DNA from: a virus
Taxonomy: Duplodnaviria; Caudoviricetes
Virus record (IMG/VR): IMGVR_UViG_3300019360_000016
Location: 1-51,381 of that record
Direction: 5' to 3' (one strand)
DNA length: 51,381 bases
Position 1 is the first letter of the stretch. Each line of letters begins with the position of its first letter. This document shows, in pieces, positions 17,985-26,854 of the stretch. The notes beneath the pieces are model-generated. The model worked only from the letters and a program-made list of their open reading frames with translations, was not told the DNA's origin and did no database searches. The position numbers were made by a program, and so were the translations under genes.

Positions 17985-18248
17985 CTACTCTGACTTACCG
18001 GGCAGAGTGACGAGCCCGTGTGCCGCACTCACTCTGAGCACGAGATCTGCGACGATCTTCCGCAGGGCGTGGCCGTCCTCACACACGGTCCCACACGCCG
18101 GATCGCCACACTCCCAGAGCGGAGCGGCCGGGATGGTCAGCGTCAATGTCCCTAGTGGCCCCGTAACCGTATGCTCGTGGACATAGGATAGTGGTAGGAG
18201 CATTTGTCGGCCGCATGCCGGGCATTTTTCGCCGCGTCGTCTAGCCAT
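17985..18248 (-). CDS. YgiT/MqsA-N-like zinc-ribbon protein
   Basis: CPACG...LTLTIPAAPLWECGDPACG; AAGGA RBS before MARRRGEK. Confidence 0.6.
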   Translation of the reverse strand: MARRRGEKCPACGRQMLLPLSYVHEHTVTGPLGTLTLTIPAAPLWECGDPACGTVCEDGHALRKIVADLVLRVSAAHGLVTLPGKSE

Positions 18249-18333
18249 GAGTGTTTTCCTTTGCCTTAGGGGGGCGGCCAATTCCGCCCACATAAGTCGT
18301 ACACTGTGTCAATTCAGTGACTCCGGCCGCCTC

Positions 18334-18816
18334 TCACTGTCTCCCGTTTTCCACACTCCCCAAAACCGGCTCACTACCCCCGCGTGTAACCCCCGACTTG
18401 TCGTCGAAACGGCGAGCGGCTTCCCGAATGAACCGCCTCATTGCATCCCGATCCAGAATGGTAGTCATTTGGAACAACTGATCGCCCCGGCGGACAATTT
18501 CCTCAAAACAAGCCCTTTGGAGAGCATCAGTGTCACGCTCTGAAATCAAATCCTCACGGGCGGCAATAAATATCGCCCCCAACGGGCACACACGCACCAA
18601 CCGTCGTGGCTTCAACTCCCACTCATACAGCATGACCGGGTTCTGTACACGCTCCCAGCCCCGCTCATCCAACAATCCACATACCACTTCCGCACTACCC
18701 ACAATGCTTGTCATAAGGGTACACTCCTCACTGTTCCGGGCCCAACTACACGCAACATGCTCTTTGTGCTGCTGAATGGCCCGTCCCTGCAATCCCACCA
18801 CAAACGCCCCCATCAT
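18334..18816 (-). CDS. Hypothetical protein
   Basis: 160 aa ORF, ATGA-coupled to upstream small gene. Confidence 0.55.
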   Translation of the reverse strand: MMGAFVVGLQGRAIQQHKEHVACSWARNSEECTLMTSIVGSAEVVCGLLDERGWERVQNPVMLYEWELKPRRLVRVCPLGAIFIAAREDLISERDTDALQRACFEEIVRRGDQLFQMTTILDRDAMRRFIREAARRFDDKSGVTRGGSEPVLGSVENGRQ

Positions 18817-18944
18817 CGCATACCGGGGAGCGTTGGAGCGAGGACCGTTTCCACGTATTCCGCCAACATCCTCGCCATGTCCACAAACATCATCGAACCC
18901 CTAGCCCGAATTATAGTGCGATCATTCATAATCTCCGTCGTCAT
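18813..18944 (-). CDS. Small hypothetical protein (43 aa)
   Basis: Hand translated MTTEIMNDRTIIRARG...; AAAGGAG RBS; ATGA coupling. Confidence 0.55.
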   Translation of the reverse strand: MTTEIMNDRTIIRARGSMMFVDMARMLAEYVETVLAPTLPGMR

Positions 18945-19040
18945 GGTACTACTCCTTTTACCACAATCCAAAAAACGTAATCAACACACACCACAACCAC
19001 ACCTTCCGTGAATTACCCATGAGCACATTCCTTTATGCCC

Positions 19041-19445
19041 TCATTCCTTGTTCAGTATCGTCATCCGTTGACCAATGACGGTTGGTCCGCACCACGAATT
19101 ATAGGAAAACCGTATTCCCTCCAACTGCACTTTCACAATCTCGACAGGCCGTGTAATTTCTGCCCCGATTCGCCCCATCTCCACGACAGCGGACTCCTTG
19201 GCGGCATAGCCATGAAACCCACACAACACCATTTTCCGGCCATCCTCCCGCATCAGCCGTCGTCCGTAAATATCACTCAGCGTACAACCCCTTTCGGCCA
19301 CCCTTGTCTCCCCTGGCCCCATCGGAGTCCCCACCCCATACAAAGGGATGAAACTACACCACCCGATCGCCCACCCCATCACCTTCCAACACTCTACCGG
19401 GTCTGGCCCCTCCCACAACTCAAGATCATTGAGTAACACACACAT
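19041..19445 (-). CDS. Hypothetical protein
   Basis: 134 aa ORF with GAGGA upstream. Confidence 0.55.
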   Translation of the reverse strand: MCVLLNDLELWEGPDPVECWKVMGWAIGWCSFIPLYGVGTPMGPGETRVAERGCTLSDIYGRRLMREDGRKMVLCGFHGYAAKESAVVEMGRIGAEITRPVEIVKVQLEGIRFSYNSWCGPTVIGQRMTILNKE

Positions 19446-19457
19446 AAGGGTTGTTCC

Positions 19458-19898
19458 TCACTCCGCCTCGAACGCCCTTAACCCATAGATGGCCGCAACC
19501 GCTCTCGACAAATGACGAACATAGGCCCGGTATGTCTCCGGCTCCGCCCCCAAATCCTCCACCATGTCATGTAGGCGGTTTTGGAGAAAATCCAAGAAGT
19601 ACGCATCCGTCGTGTCTTGCATCCCTAACTCTCTCCTCAACGCCGAATGTAGCATCAAGATTTCGGCGAACGGCTTGTTCTCCATATCCGGCGAGTAAAG
19701 GTCGTCGGGAATTAACTGTCCAGCCGCACACCGAGTCCCATTTGGTCCTCGATACATACATCGAATGTTGTGGTTCAAAGCCATTGTCGCTCGACACCCC
19801 TGCTGCAACAGTCCATCCCTCACAGTTTGCAACCATCCCGACCACCGCTTGGCCCGTTTTGGCGTCAACCTCACATAAAACGTATCCATCGAATCCAT
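19458..19898 (-). CDS. Phage hypothetical protein, CxYR-CxxG-LIPD family, paralogue 1
   Basis: GAGGAG RBS before MDSMDTF; CMYRGPNGTRCAAGQLIPDDLY...LQNRLHD. Confidence 0.7.
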   Translation of the reverse strand: MDSMDTFYVRLTPKRAKRWSGWLQTVRDGLLQQGCRATMALNHNIRCMYRGPNGTRCAAGQLIPDDLYSPDMENKPFAEILMLHSALRRELGMQDTTDAYFLDFLQNRLHDMVEDLGAEPETYRAYVRHLSRAVAAIYGLRAFEAE

Positions 19899-19930
19899 TG
19901 TTGTGCACTCCTCAAATTGTGTCACCAACC

Positions 19931-20032
19931 TCAAAACAGCGGCAACCCGTAACTCAGTACCACCACCGCATAAAACACAATCACCATCAACCCCGCCGCC
20001 CACATCACATCATTTAACACTCTCTTAGTCAT
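19931..20032 (-). CDS. Tiny hydrophobic peptide (33 aa)
   Basis: MTKRVLNDVMWAAGLMVIVFYAVVVLSYGLPLF; AAGGAG RBS; ATGA coupling. Confidence 0.45.
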   Translation of the reverse strand: MTKRVLNDVMWAAGLMVIVFYAVVVLSYGLPLF

Positions 20033-20181
20033 GTCATTCTCCTTTTTCGTCCCACCGAAGTCACCTTTACCGGTCTCCACACACCAAGTGTCCGTCCCTC
20101 AACCTCACAGCAGTAGGCGGAACTCTCCACCCATTTCTTGGGAAACTGAAGCTCCACACTCGGAAACGGATACCTCCTCAT
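20029..20181 (-). CDS. Small hypothetical protein (50 aa)
   Basis: MRRYPFPSVELQF...; ATGA-coupled on both sides. Confidence 0.4.
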   Translation of the reverse strand: MRRYPFPSVELQFPKKWVESSAYCCEVEGRTLGVWRPVKVTSVGRKRRMT

Positions 20182-20261
20182 ACACACCCCACAATCATCG
20201 TAACCATGAGGATCACCCCCACACCACAAATGACACCAAGCAACACTCTCTTAACCGACAT
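20178..20261 (-). CDS. Tiny hydrophobic peptide (27 aa)
   Basis: MSVKRVLLGVICGVGVILMVTMIVGCV; GAGGAG upstream. Confidence 0.4.
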   Translation of the reverse strand: MSVKRVLLGVICGVGVILMVTMIVGCV

Positions 20262-20700
20262 TCGGAAAATACTCCTCTCTAGCCCCAATCTCTAAATCAT
20301 AAACCGCAGCTAACATCCGGCCAGCGGCGTATACACACTCCCGGAATACCACTCCCTCCGCTCTCGTCAATCCATCATGGAGAGGATTTTGGAGGAGGAT
20401 CAGAAACGAGAGGTCCAAATTATCCTTGGCCCCTAAATGCGTAGCCACAGCGGGCCACCTAGTGAATAGGCCACTAAAGAACTCGTTCTCCATTTCCGGA
20501 CGGTAGAGATGGTCCGGAATTAACTGCCCAATACCACACTTACGACCATCCGCAGTGCGATACCGACAACTAATCCCATCATGTGCACTCCTGCCTTGGG
20601 CAATCAATCCCCTAATGATTTGCCGAACCCATCCAGCCCACCGCTCTCGCCGTTCCAAACACAAACACACATGCAATGATTCGACTGGTTCCGTTTCCAT
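20251..20700 (-). CDS. Phage hypothetical protein, CxYR-CxxG-LIPD family, paralogue 2
   Basis: CRYRTADGRKCGIGQLIPDHLY...LQNPLHD; same GAGGAGTGCA RBS as paralogue 1. Confidence 0.7.
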   Translation of the reverse strand: METEPVESLHVCLCLERRERWAGWVRQIIRGLIAQGRSAHDGISCRYRTADGRKCGIGQLIPDHLYRPEMENEFFSGLFTRWPAVATHLGAKDNLDLSFLILLQNPLHDGLTRAEGVVFRECVYAAGRMLAAVYDLEIGAREEYFPNVG

Positions 20701-20718
20701 GATGCACTCCTCATGTAC

Positions 20719-20762
20719 AAAAACAAACCCGGAGAGGGAATCTGACTAAGCCCCCTCCGGGT
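20719..20762 (-). terminator. Intrinsic terminator after the PKD-domain gene
   Basis: ACCCGGAGGGGG...CCCTCTCCGGGT followed by TTGTTTTT. Confidence 0.7.
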
Positions 20763-20788
20763 CTCACCGTAACAGCAACTCGTCACCA

Positions 20789-22009
20789 CTAGCCCAGAAT
20801 AGTTACCGGGCGTTCGTACTCATCCAACAGCACCCCCACCCGGAAAATGCGATACCTCACTTGGTACACACCCGGAGCCGCATACAAGTGCCGTTTCTCA
20901 CACCTAGTTTCCTCCGAGTACACCGAACATGACCCTGACACATTCCCGTCGCCCCACCAAATCTCGAACCGATCCGGCTCAGGACCGCCACCCGGCACTC
21001 CCGCCCACTCTGTCCAGGGCTGCAACCACACGTAGGTCCCGAGCGGAATCGGGTAAGCATCGGTGTTTACCCGCACACCGCCCCTACTCAGAATGAACCC
21101 CGCCCACGGAGCGGTGAAAACCGGAGCACCCGTATTGCACGGCGTGTACCCCCCCGACGGAGGCCCTTCATCCACAAGCAACGTTTGTGTAACCTTGGTG
21201 GAGCGGCCCAAATCATCACTCACAGTGATGTGTCGCAGAAACGTCTTCCGGTTTCGCAGCCCTCCCGTATCCGCCGTCATGCGGGGCTGGTACAACCACC
21301 GCTGCCCGAACTCCGCCCCGGACGTAAGGCCATTAAACACCCGAATCGGTGATTCCCCATCACACGGCTTGAATCCGATGTTAACCACCGCCCTCATCAA
21401 CTTATCTTCGGGGTCGAAGGGCGTGAATCGAAAATCGCTACCTTGACTCAGACCCCACCATCCCACCGCCACATCCCAATCGAGTGCTTCAGTCCCAGTA
21501 GGGAGTAATGGGCCGTAACTCGTCGCCACCACACTCGGAGACTCATTCCACAACTCCGAAGGGTTGGGGTTCGGGGCCACCGTCACCCGGAACAACAAAT
21601 GCTCCGATCGTCTCCCCCACCCATCTTGGCAACATGTGGCGGTGTATGTTCCCGGTTGGTGGTAGTTGTAGGTGAAAACCGGGTTAGCATTGGGCGTCTG
21701 GTTCCCCACCGAAGCGGCATTGGTCATGGGATCCGTGTCCCCCGAACTCATCGTCCACCGATCGGGTTGACTCGTAATGATCGTCCGACAGGAATCCGCA
21801 AAGTCGAACGTAAACGGCATACCCTGCACTGCACTCAACCGCAGAATCGGCAACGGTCGTGCCGTTTGAGCCGGGTAATCCACGCCCCACACACAGGAAA
21901 ACGGATCATTCGTGATCTGTAACTGCTGCGGCGGCACTCCCTGCGGTAGCGGCGGTCCCGCTTGTGCCATCACCCCCATAAGTACTCCCACAATTCTTGT
22001 ATTCATCAC
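20789..22009 (-). CDS. Secreted PKD/Ig-like domain protein
   Basis: Short signal-like N-terminus; PKD-like motifs TYNYHQPGTYTAT and IWWGDGN...HLYAAPGVYQVRY. Confidence 0.6.
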   Translation of the reverse strand: MMNTRIVGVLMGVMAQAGPPLPQGVPPQQLQITNDPFSCVWGVDYPAQTARPLPILRLSAVQGMPFTFDFADSCRTIITSQPDRWTMSSGDTDPMTNAASVGNQTPNANPVFTYNYHQPGTYTATCCQDGWGRRSEHLLFRVTVAPNPNPSELWNESPSVVATSYGPLLPTGTEALDWDVAVGWWGLSQGSDFRFTPFDPEDKLMRAVVNIGFKPCDGESPIRVFNGLTSGAEFGQRWLYQPRMTADTGGLRNRKTFLRHITVSDDLGRSTKVTQTLLVDEGPPSGGYTPCNTGAPVFTAPWAGFILSRGGVRVNTDAYPIPLGTYVWLQPWTEWAGVPGGGPEPDRFEIWWGDGNVSGSCSVYSEETRCEKRHLYAAPGVYQVRYRIFRVGVLLDEYERPVTILG

Positions 22010-22458
22010 TGGTACTCCTGTAAACTGACAAACTTCACTGGTAGCCCATACACCTGAGCTACCGCAACACCCACATCGTACACCGTTTGCCGAAACTCTT
22101 TAGACCCGCAAACCGATATGGTGTCATGCAATCTCGACTGCATCATGTCCAGAAACGTCGTGTCCTGTTCGGTTTTACACCCCAACGCCGTTTTCACTTC
22201 GGGCCAAAGACACAAGACGTTAGCTATTGATTGGCCTTCCATTTGCCCACTATACAGGTGGTCTGGAATGAGTTGTCCGGCGGCACATTTATTGTTGCCT
22301 GCCCGGTAATAACATCGTCGAACCCCGAAATCATCCTCGCCCAACGCTGGTCGTCTTTGGTGGAGCAACCCATTCACCATATTCGTCAACCATCCACCCC
22401 ACCGAACCTTCGTCTCTGCATCCGGAATCAATCCGGCCAATCCCGCCGTGTGATCCAT
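22006..22458 (-). CDS. Phage hypothetical protein, CxYR-CxxG-LIPD family, paralogue 3
   Basis: AAGGA RBS before MDHTAG; CYYRAGNNKCAAGQLIPDHLY...MQSRLHD. Confidence 0.7.
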   Translation of the reverse strand: MDHTAGLAGLIPDAETKVRWGGWLTNMVNGLLHQRRPALGEDDFGVRRCYYRAGNNKCAAGQLIPDHLYSGQMEGQSIANVLCLWPEVKTALGCKTEQDTTFLDMMQSRLHDTISVCGSKEFRQTVYDVGVAVAQVYGLPVKFVSLQEYQ

Positions 22459-22511
22459 GACACTATCCTTCTGTTGAAGCCGGGTACAACTCTCCCGGTC
22501 CGAACCACCAC

Positions 22512-23321
22512 TTAACCACCTGTACCATAACAACTACCCACCACACCAAGCAGAGCGGCATGAGCGTCTGCGACTATCGGCACTAGCGGGTAAGGCTCAA
22601 TCAATCCCTTGGCCCGCAATGAATCGACATACAGGTATTGCACAGAATACAACGCGGAGGCAGAGTATATGAGTTTGGCCTCAGCTAAAGCCGTATCACT
22701 TTCCACAATGAACTGTAGCCAGTCACGAGGTGTTAGTTTTTCCCCGGTCCGAACACGGATATAAGCCGTACACAATTGATACACCAAGCTGCTCAACAAG
22801 GACTGGTCGTGGTGTCGGTGCCACGTTTCCCAGTCGAAGTTTATCGTGATCTTCTGCCACATATCCACCGTGGCCGATTCGTGGATTGCTTCGGGATGCT
22901 TTCGTGTCTTGAGCATTTTCTCAAAGTCTTGAACGTGAATCCAAGCCATTGTTCTCCAGTAGTACAGAGGGGAGGAAACATCCCAGCCCCGACCCAAGCC
23001 GAGTTTCTGTCGAGCCGGCGTGGGCATGATGTATCGGTATGGGATTCGCACCGACCCCTGGTCTTGTGGGGAATCCTGAACCATCGAGTTGTAAACGGCG
23101 GGACTGTGATCCGGATTGTATCCCTGTTTCCCCGTCTCCCTCTGGAACATCTCCCACAACATCGTCGGCCAATACTCCTCACATAGCTTCCAAGAGGAGG
23201 TGATGTTCCGTGCCGCCAACCATTCCCGCCACCCCGACACAAGTAGGCCCCGCTTCGTCCCATCCGAATGGGCTTGGTCCAATCGTCGGATGTGGAACAA
23301 GTAGATAATATCACTGGTCAT
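22512..23321 (-). CDS. Hypothetical Trp/Tyr-rich protein
   Basis: GGAG RBS and ATGA coupling at MTSDIIYLF. Confidence 0.6.
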   Translation of the reverse strand: MTSDIIYLFHIRRLDQAHSDGTKRGLLVSGWREWLAARNITSSWKLCEEYWPTMLWEMFQRETGKQGYNPDHSPAVYNSMVQDSPQDQGSVRIPYRYIMPTPARQKLGLGRGWDVSSPLYYWRTMAWIHVQDFEKMLKTRKHPEAIHESATVDMWQKITINFDWETWHRHHDQSLLSSLVYQLCTAYIRVRTGEKLTPRDWLQFIVESDTALAEAKLIYSASALYSVQYLYVDSLRAKGLIEPYPLVPIVADAHAALLGVVGSCYGTGG

Positions 23322-23497
23322 GATTTGTTCTCCGTGTTTCGGCCTCTGATGGCCGCCACCAGGCGTTGTGCGGCCGATATCATGGCGGTATTCCCGTAAC
23401 ACCATTCCGCCAAATAGCAGGCGATATAGGTACAACACGCTTCCCGCTCCGCCTTCACCGCCTCAACAATGACGGTTTGTATCTCCTCTTGTGTCAT
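23318..23497 (-). CDS. Small phage protein with AEREAC motif
   Basis: MTQEEIQ...AVKAEREACC...AAIRGR; AGGAG RBS; motif common in small phage proteins. Confidence 0.6.
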   Translation of the reverse strand: MTQEEIQTVIVEAVKAEREACCTYIACYLAEWCYGNTAMISAAQRLVAAIRGRNTENKS

Positions 23498-23508
23498 AGC
23501 ACGGTCTC

Positions 23509-23736
23509 CTACATGATGTGGTGAGCCGACCCCTTTACCACAATATCCTCGGTCGGTTGACCGGTAATCCATTCTACATACAACGCCAACGATTTTCCAG
23601 CGGCCCCCTTCGGCCAGTGGAGGTGATGTTCCAGCCGCCCCATAAACCGACCGAACTCCTTGGAGGTCATCACTCCCGTCACCGCCTTCAGGGCATCGTA
23701 CACCGCATTCCCGTCCCGCACTGAGGGTTGATACAT
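23509..23736 (-). CDS. Hypothetical 75-aa protein translationally coupled to E1
   Basis: ATG at 23736 overlaps the E1 stop (TAATG). Confidence 0.6.
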   Translation of the reverse strand: MYQPSVRDGNAVYDALKAVTGVMTSKEFGRFMGRLEHHLHWPKGAAGKSLALYVEWITGQPTEDIVVKGSAHHIM

Positions 23737-24440
23737 TATCGGTCTCCGTGCAGGGAGAACTGACACTCGGCCTCCAACATCCCATCGTGGACCTTCACCG
23801 GTAGGGCGGACCCCCTCAACCAGTGAGCGTAACACTCCACCGCCCGACTTCCCGCTTTGGCGGCGGTGTAATACGTTGCCTGAGCCGTACACGGAGCGGC
23901 GTAAGCTTTGTGTTGTGGGAACCACTCCGACAAGTAGTGGTCGTAACGTTCCTGATCGGTGATCGGAATAGTGACTCCCGTTTCCAGGCCCATCCGAGTA
24001 TCCACCAAGAATTGCGGTTTCCGTTTTCGGGCCCACAACGAGGTAACAATCAACCTCCGTGCTTCCATGTTGTCAACACACAGGAACACAGCGGCAGTGG
24101 CGGGTATCAACTTCAACCGATCCGCCGTCATCATCTCCGGCAGACACACCACCTTCACCTCCGGATTCCGGTTTCGCAGATCGTGACTCAGGGCTTGCAC
24201 CTTGGGTTGTCCCAAATCCCCATGAAACCAACCCTGGGTTCCCAAGTTCTCTAACGCCACCGTGTCTCCGTCCACCAATGTAATGCGGTTCACGCCCATT
24301 GACACAAGAAGTCGGGCGATCATGGCTCCGATTGCCCCCGTTCCAATCACCGCCACCGGGTGACTGTTCAACAGATCGGGTGGCAGCACTCCGGAAAACC
24401 GGGCCGCTCTCGCCTCAGCCAATAAGGAGGGGGCTTTCAT
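23736..24440 (-). CDS. ThiF/E1-like ubiquitin-like-protein activating enzyme
   Basis: VAVIGTGAIG, LVDGDTVALENLGTQ, GQPKVQAL, FLCVDNMEAR, DTRMG; candidate catalytic Cys in APCTAQAT. Confidence 0.9.
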   Translation of the reverse strand: MKAPSLLAEARAARFSGVLPPDLLNSHPVAVIGTGAIGAMIARLLVSMGVNRITLVDGDTVALENLGTQGWFHGDLGQPKVQALSHDLRNRNPEVKVVCLPEMMTADRLKLIPATAAVFLCVDNMEARRLIVTSLWARKRKPQFLVDTRMGLETGVTIPITDQERYDHYLSEWFPQHKAYAAPCTAQATYYTAAKAGSRAVECYAHWLRGSALPVKVHDGMLEAECQFSLHGDR

Positions 24441-25281
24441 CTATCTTCTCCAGACAAAGAGGTGTATCCTTGACCAAACCGGACAGTTCTCCGGTTGCCG
24501 CAAACTTCACCAACTCACCACCACTTAACCACCGCCCACCACCCTTGGTGCTGGGCAACTCCACAAACAGGAGTTTCTTCCAGTGCTTCACATCACGAGC
24601 CCTGCCGAGCGGAGCATATTTATCCCGCCGCCCGTCGTAAATACACAGCACTCCGTTTTGATTGATGAACGGCAAATGCATAGCCACCCTGTGTCCGATC
24701 AACGATTCCGACCACGACTTCGCGGTTTCCGTTTTCGGCCACACCTTGGGGCGAACATTAGCCGAATACAATCTCTCCAACTGTTGATCCAAGTCGGCGG
24801 GCACACCGTAGGGGGGAGCCATGTCGAACAAAAACGGAATGGTCTGCTCCAACCGCAGGCCCCGAATTGTGGATTGCACCTTGGCGTAAGTATCTCCGCC
24901 CCGTGCTGCAATCGCCATCACCGCCCAATCAAACAATCCGAACGTTTCCCGAAACACCGCCTCATCTTGGCCGGACGGATGAGCGCTGGTGCCGGGGTGA
25001 CTATGTATCCACACCCTCATGAATTGGCGTGCCTCCCACCCCGCCCCTTCCCACACCTCCAAAATATCCTGAAGGCTGGACGGGCAAAACTCTGTCCATG
25101 CCGGCTCATCGAATTGTACCGGCACAATCAGATCAGTGACCACCAAGCTCTCCGGGTCCGGCGTTACCCCCAACACCGATACCTCAGTCGGCCCTCTCCT
25201 CATCAACCACTGTAACTTCAACCACGCCAGGGGTTTCAGCACCACCTGTGTTGGCGGTTTCTGGGGTCTTGTCTCCGTCAT
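24415..25281 (-). CDS. JAB/JAMM (MPN+) metallopeptidase
   Basis: N-terminal Glu (GPTEVS) and HSHPGTSAHPSGQD = HxH-x7-S-x2-D. Confidence 0.88.
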   Translation of the reverse strand: MTETRPQKPPTQVVLKPLAWLKLQWLMRRGPTEVSVLGVTPDPESLVVTDLIVPVQFDEPAWTEFCPSSLQDILEVWEGAGWEARQFMRVWIHSHPGTSAHPSGQDEAVFRETFGLFDWAVMAIAARGGDTYAKVQSTIRGLRLEQTIPFLFDMAPPYGVPADLDQQLERLYSANVRPKVWPKTETAKSWSESLIGHRVAMHLPFINQNGVLCIYDGRRDKYAPLGRARDVKHWKKLLFVELPSTKGGGRWLSGGELVKFAATGELSGLVKDTPLCLEKIDESPLLIG

Positions 25282-26380
25282 GTTTTCTCCTTTTCGTTTT
25301 CGGATTACACTTCACACAGCAACCCTCACTACCCATGTGGGTTGGACAAAAGGACAGGCGGCATTTCTTACATACCCCGCCCAAATTGTGCTTAGGACAC
25401 ACCGTTTTCCCGCAATATCGGCCAGTGGGGGTTCCCACGGCGCAACTAGCTTTATGATAGGTGCTGATAGTTCGTGCCACACACACCCGACAGAACCCCG
25501 CCTCCGGACCCCTCGCCTCCACCACACAAACCGGACAGACATACGGATTCGCTGAAACCGGGCTCAACGGAACTGCGGCCCGACAATGAAGACAATCCGA
25601 CCGGCAACCCGCACACTTAGGCGTATTCATATCCCGGTGGTAGGGCTTGAAGCAGACGTTGCACACTTCCCCCTTCTCATCCCAAAACGCCATGCTTTTG
25701 ATGTGCCGCCCAGTCATATCATGCTGATGTAGGTAGTCCCACAACACACTGAACGCTTCCGGAACATCTTGGTGGCGAAGGGCTCTTTCATACGGCATTT
25801 CCGCTCCACCCAAACACGGCTTGAACCATCCCTCCATTATTGTCCACTGTTCCTGCCACTGAGGGGCTGCCTCGTGAGGATGCAAAATGTGGGGCGAAAT
25901 CTGCTGCTGCAAATCCGCATACCGATGCGGCGACCTATCTCCGAACACCCTAAACAACGGCTGGGCATTCTGATTCAACCGCCACAACCAAAACGGAATC
26001 ATCACTCGAAACTGCCCCAACCTCACCGGATCATCTCCCACATAGCCCGGTACTGGTGGGTCCACCGGCAGGGATACCATCGGGGTGTCAATCCATACCC
26101 GCTGAATGCCCCCCCTTGAATCTGCTCCCCACTCTCCACCCGGAATACACGTCGCCAAGGCCAATATCAATGCGTCGGGATTCTCATACAGCTTGTAGGG
26201 CACACGCCGCGATGCCCCTGTCATGCCGAACTCCGAGTTGGCGATGTGCTCTGCGGCTACTGTATCCGCCAACTCAGCCCACTCCAAAAACATTTCCTTC
26301 GTCAGTCGTCGTTGCTCCTCCTCTGTCGGCGTGCGGCACATGTACATCCACAACTTGGTGACAACTTCCTCTCTCGTCAT
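25184..26380 (-). CDS. Prokaryotic E2-like protein with C-terminal multi-zinc-finger region
   Basis: LGQFRVMIP strand, HPH motif and PCLG candidate catalytic Cys; many CxxC/CxxH pairs follow; GAGGAG RBS before MTREEV; lies between Ubl and JAB. Confidence 0.7.
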   Translation of the reverse strand: MTREEVVTKLWMYMCRTPTEEEQRRLTKEMFLEWAELADTVAAEHIANSEFGMTGASRRVPYKLYENPDALILALATCIPGGEWGADSRGGIQRVWIDTPMVSLPVDPPVPGYVGDDPVRLGQFRVMIPFWLWRLNQNAQPLFRVFGDRSPHRYADLQQQISPHILHPHEAAPQWQEQWTIMEGWFKPCLGGAEMPYERALRHQDVPEAFSVLWDYLHQHDMTGRHIKSMAFWDEKGEVCNVCFKPYHRDMNTPKCAGCRSDCLHCRAAVPLSPVSANPYVCPVCVVEARGPEAGFCRVCVARTISTYHKASCAVGTPTGRYCGKTVCPKHNLGGVCKKCRLSFCPTHMGSEGCCVKCNPKTKRRKHDGDKTPETANTGGAETPGVVEVTVVDEERAD

Positions 26381-26475
26381 GTCTGTCTCCTCAAAACTAA
26401 GCGGCATAGAGCTATCACCGCACTTGTATCCCGCAGACACTCACAAGCTCCTTAAACGGTGCTCGCGGCATTCTC

Positions 26476-26721
26476 TCAGGCCCCCGCCACGTTCGCCGGA
26501 GCCACCCCGATCCGGCTACCGTCCTGCACCGTCGTCCGGGCGGCTTCCTCAGCATCAACCGTTCGGCGACTCCCATCCGGGGCCGTCAACCGAATCGTAA
26601 CCTTGGTGGAGGGATTGCTGCCGATCTGCCGCTCCACAATCTCCTTCACCGTGGTCCCTTCCGGGACCTCCAACTCCACAACCTGCCCCTCTCCAAACGG
26701 GGAACTAAACTTGATCTGCAT
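26476..26721 (-). CDS. Ubiquitin-like (beta-grasp) protein
   Basis: 81 aa MQIKF...LEVPEGTTVKEIV...TTVQDGSRIGVAPANVAGA; beta-grasp pattern with Gly as penultimate residue. Confidence 0.82.
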   Translation of the reverse strand: MQIKFSSPFGEGQVVELEVPEGTTVKEIVERQIGSNPSTKVTIRLTAPDGSRRTVDAEEAARTTVQDGSRIGVAPANVAGA

Positions 26722-26854
26722 AGCTTTCTCCATGAAGAAAAATACCCTTGTTCCCGAAACCGGCCACAGATTGAGGAGTGTTTCCTCGTTCTGGTGGGGG
26801 ACATTTTCCCTTTGGCGGCATCGGTCACGTTCCTGGGACCTACACCGGCCCCAT

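Noticed and set aside
18393-18408. 16-nt exact repeat CCGACTTGTCGTCGAA also at 27968-27983
   Set aside because: One such match is plausible by chance in 51 kb; same orientation and inside a CDS; no third copy seen
19458-22458. Diversity-generating retroelement behind the paralogues
   Set aside because: No reverse transcriptase and no near-identical repeat pair with adenine-specific differences
23736-26721. ThiS/ThiF or MoaD/MoeB cofactor biosynthesis
   Set aside because: No thiG, moaE, rhodanese or desulfurase; the E1 lacks the paired CxxC zinc motifs and an E2-like gene is present
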